Shown here one piece after another: positions 17,736 through 25,744 of a stretch of 31,094 nt of DNA. The DNA comes from Thecamonas trahens ATCC 50062 (lineage: Eukaryota > Protista > Apusomonadida): contig NW_013657666.1 of the NCBI RefSeq assembly GCF_000142905.1, forward strand, positions 1 through 31,094. The letters are read 5' to 3'. The number at the start of each line of letters is the position of its first letter. Positions within the stretch are counted from its first letter, which is position 1. A program made the translations under genes and the position numbers. The notes beneath the pieces were generated by a model that did no database searches, was not told the DNA's origin, and saw nothing but the letters and a program-made list of their open reading frames with translations.

Positions 17736-19553
17736 TCACAGCACATTGTGCGGAATGTCAGTCATCGAAACGACAGGGAGTGTGAGCGATGACGGCGTCT
17801 CCCCACCAAAGTGGAGCGTGTTGTGCGCCACAAGCATGTGAGCCTCGTCAAAGTCGATGATCGGCAGCCCAGTGTTCGGGTTGACCGAGAACCGCGGGTA
17901 GTTGGACGACGAGACCGCGAACCGGAGCGCGTGCCCGGTGTTGAACACGTACGACGTCGCCCACAGCTCGATGGTCACCTTGTACACTGTCCCGGGCACC
18001 ATCCCGACTGGTGCCTTGTCCGACACCCGCCACCGCATGCGGATGATGTCGTCGGTGATGAGGATCGACGCCCCGTCCGGGAACACGTCCGTGACCTTGA
18101 CCGTGAAGTCGGTGTCGTTGCGCGACGACGAGACGTACAGCGTCGTCGACATCCGCCCCGCAATCGCCACCGGCGCACTCAGCTTGGCCGAGGTGAAGAC
18201 AAGGACGTCTGCCCGGCCCTCGACCGCATTCTGCGCCCGCTGCCCGCACGGCAGCATGAGGTTGTTGCCGCCGATCGTCTTGACCGGATTCGCCGGATCG
18301 AAGACGTAGGTCTCGTTGGCTCCCGCGCTCGACGGCTCGACAGCAAGCACTTTGTTCGCTGCAAGGTAGAAGGTCTTTGGCGTCGTCGCCGGCCACTCTG
18401 GAAGCGTGGTCCAGTATGAGCCCGGCGCATGGCTCTCGTTGGCGCCCATGACGTAAAACGTGATGGTGTCGAGCTTGGGCGGATCAAACGGCTCACCCGC
18501 TGTCGTCACAAAGAGCCACGTTGCCAGATCGTAGGAGAAAATCTCGGCCAGCTCAGCCTGTGGCCGCCGGTCGTGCGCCTGTAGCGAGCAGTGCCCTAGC
18601 GGACCAACCACAAGCTTCTGCTTGCCACGCGCGCCGGCTGCGCCTTGAGCCTGAAACGCTGCAAACGTCTCGAGCTGGTGCTGCAGGAAAATGTCGCCCC
18701 ATCCGGCGTAGTGGATCATCGGCACATCGACGTTGGTGTAGTTCTCAAACGAGATCTCCGCCCACCACGTGTCAAACGCCTCGTGCTCGTACATCTCTGG
18801 CAGGTACGCCGGCATCCATGGTCGCTGCGCGTGGATCGACTCGATCCATCCACCCACGAGCGAATGGCGGAACGCACCGTTCTGGTAGACGAGCGGGTGC
18901 GACCGGCCCGTCGACCATAGCACCCATGCCGCCTTGACATGTGGTTGCGGAACAAGGAACGAGGTGTACGCCTCGATGCCGTCAGCGGATGCGCCCTCTT
19001 CAAACACAATCCCGTTGCTCCACGCCTGCTCGGTGATCCACTGCATGATCGTCGCCCCGTCTGACGCAGACGTGTGCCACATGGTCCAGTTGCCTTCCGA
19101 GAGCCCGGTCCCGCGCTGGTTCACCATCACCGCCGCATACCCGACCGGAAGCCACAAATCCGCCAGCTCCTCCAGCAGCGGGCCATAAGGCGACCTGTCG
19201 ACAACCGCCGGCGACGGCTGCTGCTCCTTGCCCTCGAGGACAAAGACCGAGACGAAAAGCTTGACTCCGTCATTCATCGTCACGTAGTAGTGCTTCACCG
19301 GCCACTTGCCCGGCCCTTCCACGCCCAGTGCCTCTCGCACCATGCCATCGTCCACTTCTCCAAACACAATCCCGCCCGGACTCGTCTCCCACGCCTCCAT
19401 CCCGACCATTGCCTGAGAAACCGACAGAAATGCCTGACCCAGCCTGCCAGGTGCCGCCGCCACGCGAGCGGGCGGGACGACCATGCCCGCCACGCCAAGG
19501 CTACTCGCACTGTACACCGTAGCAAGAATCAGAAGAGTAGCCACTGCCTTCAT
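17736..19553 (-). CDS. Secreted CocE/NonD-family serine hydrolase (peptidase S15 + PepX C-terminal domain), 605 aa
   Basis: Start MKAVATLLILATVYSA (signal peptide) at 19553. Motifs VTMNDGVKL, DRSPYG, NQRGTGLSEG, WITEQAWSNG, GASADG nucleophile elbow, HYAGWGDIF, VGPLGH, RADVLVFTS, DTDFTVKVTDVFPDG, VSSSNYPRFSVNPNTG. Confidence 0.93.
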   Translation of the reverse strand: MKAVATLLILATVYSASSLGVAGMVVPPARVAAAPGRLGQAFLSVSQAMVGMEAWETSPGGIVFGEVDDGMVREALGVEGPGKWPVKHYYVTMNDGVKLFVSVFVLEGKEQQPSPAVVDRSPYGPLLEELADLWLPVGYAAVMVNQRGTGLSEGNWTMWHTSASDGATIMQWITEQAWSNGIVFEEGASADGIEAYTSFLVPQPHVKAAWVLWSTGRSHPLVYQNGAFRHSLVGGWIESIHAQRPWMPAYLPEMYEHEAFDTWWAEISFENYTNVDVPMIHYAGWGDIFLQHQLETFAAFQAQGAAGARGKQKLVVGPLGHCSLQAHDRRPQAELAEIFSYDLATWLFVTTAGEPFDPPKLDTITFYVMGANESHAPGSYWTTLPEWPATTPKTFYLAANKVLAVEPSSAGANETYVFDPANPVKTIGGNNLMLPCGQRAQNAVEGRADVLVFTSAKLSAPVAIAGRMSTTLYVSSSRNDTDFTVKVTDVFPDGASILITDDIIRMRWRVSDKAPVGMVPGTVYKVTIELWATSYVFNTGHALRFAVSSSNYPRFSVNPNTGLPIIDFDEAHMLVAHNTLHFGGETPSSLTLPVVSMTDIPHNVL

Positions 19554-19568
19554 CTTGATTTGGGGAGT

Positions 19569-19612
19569 GGTGTGTGTGCGTGTGTGTGCGTGTGTGTGCG
19601 TGTGTGTGTGTG
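19569..19612. repeat. (TG)n/(TGCG) microsatellite
   Basis: gtgtgtgtgcgtgtgtgtgcg... immediately upstream of the CocE ATG (a CA tract on the coding strand). Confidence 0.9.
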
Positions 19613-20080
19613 CAGCGGCGCTGCGCGGCGCGTGCGCGACAGACAGTTCGTGCTGACGCAGTGCAGTGCAGCGGTGGCAGTGAAGGACAGCGGATGCAAT
19701 GAGTTCAGCGCGCGCAACAGGGACCATATTGCGTAAACTGCAGTGTGTTCTGATTGTTGTCGTCGCACGCGCCTCAACTACATCTGCTCGAACATCAAGA
19801 TCGGATCCGTGCAGGAGGCAGCAGCAGCCAAGGAGACAGAAGATAGCTCTGTCAGAGTTGTGCAGCCAGACCTAACCGCATGTCCGCGTCGCCATCACCA
19901 GGTTCTGCCCTTTGCTCATTGCTACATCCACGTAAGTCCGCAAACCTCCGATTGCCGTGGGCAACTCGTGTTCCCGTTGCATGGCAACGAAGAGTGAAGC
20001 CGGCCAAGAGCCACTCGGTACTGCCAAGTCGACTGCCAGCACGGACACCTCTCGTGCACTCGGCACGTGGTGGACGAGTC

Positions 20081-21728
20081 ATGGCGGCGTGGTGTGAGGA
20101 GGATGCAGAGGCTCGCCGAGACGAGCTGCTGGCGCTGGAATCCATTTACGGTGACGGTGTGGCGCGGATTGGCAAAGGCGGCGTTGTTCGCCAAGCAGCC
20201 CCAGGCGGCGACGATGACGACAGTTCCGAGAAGAATGCTGCTCTTGACGCGTACACGGTGGCAGTGGCTGTTTCGCTCCCTGATGAGTTTGCGCTGCAAG
20301 CGGTGTGGGGTGGTGGCGATGGCCAAGACGTCGAGTTCAAGATCGCACACTTGCCGCCCATGGTGCTGCACGTCGAGCCGCGCGAGGGCTATCCCTCGCG
20401 CTGCTTGCCGGGTTTCCGGCTGATGTGCGACTGGCTGACCCAGGAGCAGATGGAGGCGCTGGCAGAGGTGGTGCGGGCTGAGGTGCTGGACGATGCCGAG
20501 GGCAACGTGATTGTCTTCAGCATCATCTCGTTCCTTGCCGCCGAGGTGCTGGACGCGCTGGCCATCGACTCGGTCCTCGTCCTCGAGTCGCAGCAGAACT
20601 TTTTGGCTCGCCGGCCGGCTCTGATGCCGAGGCGGAGGCACGGCGGGCGTTTGCAAGCGAGGGCGCTGGCGTTGACGAGTCGGTGCTTGAGGTGGAGAGC
20701 CTGATGCCTTCCAATCTCGATGATGTCATCGCGCTGGTGCTCGAGCACGACGGCGCGACCAAGCTTGCACAGTTTGAGGCTTCGCAACAAGAGTGTGCGG
20801 TGTGTTTCAACGACGATGCACTTGGCTCGTCCTTCACCATTCTCCCGTGTGGACACTACTTTTGCAGCGAGTGCATGACGCGCCTCGTGACGCTGTGCAT
20901 CACCGAGAACCGGCTCGACGACCTCGTCTGCCCCAACCTCGAGTGTACAGGTGAGATCGGGCCGGCCACTGTGGCAGGTCTGGTTGACGCTGAGCTGTAT
21001 GCCAAGTACGACCGGTTCTCACTACAAAAGGCGCTGGCGGCGATGGAGGACGTAGCGTTCTGCCCGAGGCCAACCTGCGGGACGCCCAGCCCGCTGCACG
21101 CCGAGACCCAGCAGGGCGTGTGCCCGAAATGCAACTACATGTTCTGCGGGCTGTGCCTCATGACTTCGCACTCGACACCGTGCCTCGGGCCCGAGGCACG
21201 GGTCAAGATGCTCAAGGAGCGGGCAGCCCAGAACAAGTTGCAGCAGCAGGAGCTGCTCTCGATCGACTTTATCGCGCGGACGTCCAAGTTCTGTCCGACT
21301 TGCGGTGCCGTCATCTACAAGAACGGTGGCTGCGCCAAGGTGACGTGCATCCGCTGCAATCAAGCCATGTGCTGGCGATGCGGCGTCGCCATCTTGTCGT
21401 ACGACCACTTTCAAAGTCGCAATGCAAGCTCTTTGATCGCGAGCCCGATCCGGCCGAAGGTGCCCGGAATCTGCACTTCCAGGTCGACATGAACATCCAA
21501 CGCATGATGCACATGCGGTTTTTTGGTGCGACTCATCACGCCAAGATCGTCCGCAAGAAGTGCCCCTTCTGCGGCCGAATGGCCGCCAAGATGACCAAGG
21601 ACAACAACATCCGATGCCCGGCCTGTCGCAACTCGTTTTGCTTCACCTGTGGCGCCGTGGTACGCAAGGGTCACTTTGGCCCTGGCAAGTGCAAGCAGCA
21701 TACCGATCTTGTACAGGAAGCGACCTAG
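20081..21728 (+). CDS. RNF14: RWD-RBR E3 ubiquitin ligase (RNF14/ARA54-like) with extra C-terminal IBR-like finger, ~549 aa after correcting two frameshifts
   Basis: RWD: DELLALESIYGD...HLPPMVL...GYPS...CDWLT. RING1: CAVCF...PCGHYFCSEC...CP. IBR: FCPRPTC...CPKCNYMFCGLC. RING2: CPTC...KNGGCAKVTC. One base is missing at T5 20600-20604 and one near 21413-21422 (1648+2 = 550 codons). Confidence 0.88.
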
Positions 21729-21856
21729 TAGCCTACCTAACACTCTTCGCCCGCCATCATCACCACGCCCGCCTCCACCCACCACATCGCCACCAACACA
21801 GCACAGTTACCTGCTGCTCCACCCCCAGCACACACACACACACCACTCTCGCCACC

Positions 21857-23182
21857 ATGCCGTGGCTCACCCCAATGGGAGGAGCTGTGCTATATGGGGC
21901 AACATCGCTAGGCATGACATTGTACAACAAGTATGTGTTTGGTATGGGCTTCCCTCCGGTCTTCCTCCTCCTCGGACAGTCGCTCCTGGTCCTCCTTGCC
22001 TTTATGGCCATGTCTGGGCAAAGCGCCCACATCGAGTCAAGCAGAGGCTCCACTGGCAGCAAGGCCTCCAATGGCAGGGCAAAGTCATCCAAGTCGTCGT
22101 CTGGCAGGCCTGGTCCTCGGTCTACTCGGACTAGTCGATCCGCCCGTGATGATCGCGGCGCCCGTGGTGGTCGCGGTGGCCACGGCCCCACGCTGGCTCA
22201 CTCCCATGGCTCGGCTCGGACGAGTGCTCCTGGTGCCGGCACATCGGCGTCAGCATTAGCATCCTATTCACCGCCATCGGGACACTCGCCAAAACAGAAC
22301 TGGAAAGATGCTGCTGTCGCCGTTTTGTTTGTGGGCAACAACGCGTTTTCGGTCCTTGCCCTCAAGTATGTCTCGCTGCCGATGTTTGGAGCCATCCGGA
22401 GAATGCTTGTTGCCGTCGTCCTCATCCTGCAGTACATGTTGTATGGACGGTTGCCCGAGCCGATGGGCGCGACGCTGGCGTCGGTAGTCCTAATCTGCGT
22501 CGGTGCACTGACAGCCGGCATGGCCGACGCCGCGTACTCGTTCGAAGGCTACGCGCTCACCGGGTGCTCGATGGTGTGCGCGGCCGGGTACCTGGTGGCG
22601 CTAGGCGCCGTGGGGCAGAGCCGGCCGTTTGCGCAGCTGCTGCGAACAAACGTGAGCTCGTGCGTTGTGGCTCTCACCGCCTTTCTCGTCTTTGAGACCC
22701 TTGTGCCGCACCACATGCTCGGCGGGCGACAGCCGGACGTGTATGTGGCAGCCGCGTTTGCCACGGACTCGAGTGCTTCACTGCTGCTGACGGTGGGCAT
22801 TGTGGTCGGATCGGCGGCCATCGGCTTTCTTCTCAACTACTCACTGTTCGTGACGACAACCGAGTCGTCGCCGCTGACGGCGACGATTGTGGGCAACGCC
22901 AAGGCGCTGCTGACCGATGTGCTCGGCTCGCTTCTCTTTGCCGACGTCACCCTCACCGTGCGCTTTGTGTCAGGCATTGCGCTCACCCTCCTCGGCATCA
23001 GCATCTACTCGTGGGGCAAGTACACCGCGAGCCACGCCGTGACTGGCCGCGGGAGTGACGCTGCTGCCGTCCACGATCCGGACCTGGCGCTGGCCGGCTC
23101 GTCCGACTCGGGCTCGTGCCACGAGTTTGACGGCTGCGACTCGGTTGTCGACCTGCAGCGTGAGCTGCGGTCGCGAGTCTGA
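21857..23182 (+). CDS. Nucleotide-sugar transporter, SLC35D/TPT superfamily, 441 aa, with a low-complexity insertion
   Basis: gccaccATG at 21857. SLGMTLYNKYVF, ALKYVSLPMFGAIRR, GFLLNYSLFVTTTESSPLTATIVGNAK, GISIYSWGKY. Confidence 0.9.
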   Translation: MPWLTPMGGAVLYGATSLGMTLYNKYVFGMGFPPVFLLLGQSLLVLLAFMAMSGQSAHIESSRGSTGSKASNGRAKSSKSSSGRPGPRSTRTSRSARDDRGARGGRGGHGPTLAHSHGSARTSAPGAGTSASALASYSPPSGHSPKQNWKDAAVAVLFVGNNAFSVLALKYVSLPMFGAIRRMLVAVVLILQYMLYGRLPEPMGATLASVVLICVGALTAGMADAAYSFEGYALTGCSMVCAAGYLVALGAVGQSRPFAQLLRTNVSSCVVALTAFLVFETLVPHHMLGGRQPDVYVAAAFATDSSASLLLTVGIVVGSAAIGFLLNYSLFVTTTESSPLTATIVGNAKALLTDVLGSLLFADVTLTVRFVSGIALTLLGISIYSWGKYTASHAVTGRGSDAAAVHDPDLALAGSSDSGSCHEFDGCDSVVDLQRELRSRV

Positions 23183-23209
23183 TACGCCATGGCGTCAGCT
23201 CGGCGGAAG

Positions 23210-24304
23210 TTACTGCGCCGACGCGGCGCCCGGGCGCGGCTTGCGGATCCGCGGCAGGTAGTACGTCGACGAGCGGAAGTAGCGGTTGGAAATGCCCTGC
23301 CACTCGTCCTCCGACACGTCGAGGTCGACTGGCTCAAACTCGGTGGTGAAGCCGAGCTCGGCAAGCGAGATCTGAATGGTCTGGCAGGCGACGCCCTGGA
23401 AGAAGAGCGAGTCGGGCGTGATGCCGTTGAAGAACGAGTAGAGACCGCCGTCACGGAGAATGATGGGCAGCACGTCGTGGAACTCGTCGAGGTCGTTGAC
23501 ATCGGAAAAGGTGTCAAAGAAGACAGAATCAAAGGTGCCAATGTCGTAGATGACGTCCTGCCAGCGGCCAAACACGATGCGGACGCCGGGCTTCTTGTCA
23601 AAGCCAAGATCGAGCATCCGCTGATAAACCTGCGGGTGGGCCTCGATGATGGTGTGCGAGCGCGGGCCCAGCTCGGCAATGGCCGTGTCGATGAGCCCGA
23701 GGCCAAAGCCGACATTGAGCACGTCGCCGCCGCTTGCGCACAGCTCCTTGGCGTGCGCAATCATGAGTGGCTTCTCCCACTCCATCATCACACCGCGCTC
23801 GCGGTCGTCGATCAGGTTGTCGCCCTCGTACCGGACCTCGGAGCGAAGGTACGGATCGGCCTCACTCTCGGTCGCCGCTGCCGCCGCGGCAGCGTCATCC
23901 GTGCCCGACGCCGGGCGCGACGACTTGGCCGGCGGAAGCGACGACTTGCCGCGGAGGGCCTTGAAGATGAGCTCAGCCTGGACACCTGCGTTGACCAGAA
24001 CGTCGACAACCTCCTGGTGACCATTGAGCAGAGCGTGGTCGCCAGCGCAGTAGCCCTTCCGATCCAGGGCGTTCCACGGAGCGCCGGCGAGGAGCAGTGC
24101 GCTCACCACGTCGAGATTCCCGCTTCCTGCCGCCAGCATGAGCGGCGACAAGCCACGGACCGACTCCTGGTCCCGGACATCAGCACGGTCGGCAATGAGC
24201 TTGAGCGCCTCTTCGTTCTTCCCATCCTCAATAGCATGCATCAGTGGTGTGTACTCGGCCTTGAGCTCGGCTTCGGTTGCCGTCGATGTCGCTGTCGATG
24301 CCAT
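23210..24304 (-). CDS. RMT2: Protein arginine N-methyltransferase 2 (ankyrin repeats + GAMT-like methyltransferase)
   Basis: SPLMLAAGSGNLDVVSALLLAGAPWNALD, GVMMEWEKPLM, VLNVGFGLGLID, HTIIEAHP, GRWQDV, YSFFNG, RYF...YYLP. Confidence 0.95.
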   Translation of the reverse strand: MASTATSTATEAELKAEYTPLMHAIEDGKNEEALKLIADRADVRDQESVRGLSPLMLAAGSGNLDVVSALLLAGAPWNALDRKGYCAGDHALLNGHQEVVDVLVNAGVQAELIFKALRGKSSLPPAKSSRPASGTDDAAAAAAATESEADPYLRSEVRYEGDNLIDDRERGVMMEWEKPLMIAHAKELCASGGDVLNVGFGLGLIDTAIAELGPRSHTIIEAHPQVYQRMLDLGFDKKPGVRIVFGRWQDVIYDIGTFDSVFFDTFSDVNDLDEFHDVLPIILRDGGLYSFFNGITPDSLFFQGVACQTIQISLAELGFTTEFEPVDLDVSEDEWQGISNRYFRSSTYYLPRIRKPRPGAASAQ

Positions 24305-24354
24305 GACTCTTTACCGGGAGTGGGGTGTGGGTAGCCCAACGGCGGCTGTGTGAG

Positions 24355-24390
24355 GGATGGATGGATGGCTGGCTGGCTGGCTGGCTGGCT
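24355..24390. repeat. (GGAT)n(GGCT)n tetranucleotide microsatellite
   Basis: ggatggatggatggctggctggctggctggct upstream of RMT2. Confidence 0.85.
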
Positions 24391-24841
24391 CACCGACGTG
24401 TACTGGCGGGTGGTGGTGGAGGTGAAGGGGGGTGGGACTATCGAGCGGTCGCGGATGGTCATGGTTGCTGATGATGGGAGGTGAAAGTTGTGATGTGGGT
24501 GAAGGTGGAGGCGATGGAGGCCGAGAGTGAAGGATGGTGACCATGATGGTGTGGTAAGCAGCAATGATGTTGTCATGGGGATGGAGGACAAGAGAGCGGT
24601 AGGTGGCAAGGATGGGGATCGCAGGTTGTAGTAACCTGTCATATCCGCTGTATAGTCAGCAGATCGGTTGCCAAATGAGCCTGTGTGGGTAGAGGATGTC
24701 GCCAGGTCCGGCATCGACTGTCCAGCTAGCCGCGGTCGGCGGCTACATCGGCGGTGCTTTGATCGCGCACACTGCTCTCGCGCCCGTCAACGCGCACTAC
24801 CAGCCCGTACTCGAAGTCGAGGGCATTGAGACGCACAATTG

Positions 24842-25687
24842 ATGACATCGCTCAACTTTGCGGCGCTCCAGGCAGCGATGATGGCCGAGGCGGCGGCCGA
24901 GGCTGCGGCCGAGGCGGCGACGAAAGCGGCGGCCGAAGCAGGATCGGAAGCAAATGACCGTGTGCCAGTCGTGCTCGCGCAACCATGCCACGCTGGCTTG
25001 CTCGCAGGGTGGGCCGATGGCGAGGTCGAGCCTCTTGATGCGCTTGATGCGCTCGGCATCCGGGTCGTGCCTGAGTTTGTGACTGCCGACGAGGAGGCGG
25101 CGCTGGTCGAGTGCCTCGAGGCTGGCCGGTTTACGAGCGTGGGCGGACGCGAGCTACAGAACCTCGGCGGCGTGCCTCCAGTCCTTGACGAGGGTCCAGG
25201 CATGGTGGTCGAGCCGCTCCCAGAGTGGCTCGGCGACGTTGTGGCTGCGCTCAACGCTGCTGGGCTGTACTCAGGCGAGGCGGCGGTGCCGAACCACTGC
25301 CTCGCCAATCGGTACCCGCCGGGAACCGGCATTGCGCCGCACTGTGATGGCCCGCGGTTTGCACCGCTCGTGGCTGACATCTCGCTCGGTGCCGATGCGG
25401 TGATGGTGTTCAGCGAGGTAGCCTCTCGCGAGATCGTGGCCGAGGTCGAACTGCCGGCGCGGTCGCTGCTGGTCTTTGCCCGTGACGCCTACCACAAGCA
25501 CAAGCACGCCATCGCGTCGTCGCCTACATACGAGGGAAGTCCGACGCGGTACTCGCTGACACTGCGGCGGGTGAAACGGGTGGCGGAGGCTGGCGCTGCG
25601 CGCGAGATCCTGTACACCGACGAAGGGCTACGGGCGGCACGGGCGGCCAAGTTCGCCCACCTGCGACTCATTTCGGAGAAGGAGTGA
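24842..25687 (+). CDS. ALKBH6: AlkB-family 2OG-Fe(II) dioxygenase, ALKBH6-like
   Basis: VPEFVTADEE, GRELQNLGG, EPLPEWL, PNHCLANRYPPGTGIAPHCDGP (HxD), ISLG, RSLLVF, KHAI, RYSLTLRRV. Confidence 0.88.
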   Translation: MTSLNFAALQAAMMAEAAAEAAAEAATKAAAEAGSEANDRVPVVLAQPCHAGLLAGWADGEVEPLDALDALGIRVVPEFVTADEEAALVECLEAGRFTSVGGRELQNLGGVPPVLDEGPGMVVEPLPEWLGDVVAALNAAGLYSGEAAVPNHCLANRYPPGTGIAPHCDGPRFAPLVADISLGADAVMVFSEVASREIVAEVELPARSLLVFARDAYHKHKHAIASSPTYEGSPTRYSLTLRRVKRVAEAGAAREILYTDEGLRAARAAKFAHLRLISEKE

Positions 25688-25744
25688 TCGAGTAACGGGG
25701 CAGAGACTACTTTATCGGCGGTACGAGTGGCAGACAACACTGCG

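Noticed and set aside
19554-19727. N-terminal extension of the CocE ORF (also 21560-21856 for the transporter and 19880-20080 for RNF14)
   Set aside because: These translate CA-rich or other upstream sequence; the downstream ATGs give a signal peptide, a good Kozak context or the family start.
23189-24334. Long antisense ORFs (also 482..1330, 6702..7799, 8184..8939, 14039..14995, 25917..26981)
   Set aside because: Shadow ORFs opposite well-supported genes, expected from high GC3 codon bias.
24311-24720. Minus-strand frame with an in-frame TGA after Cys (selenoprotein-like CU)
   Set aside because: No start codon, no recognisable redox fold or SECIS, and the downstream part is low-complexity.
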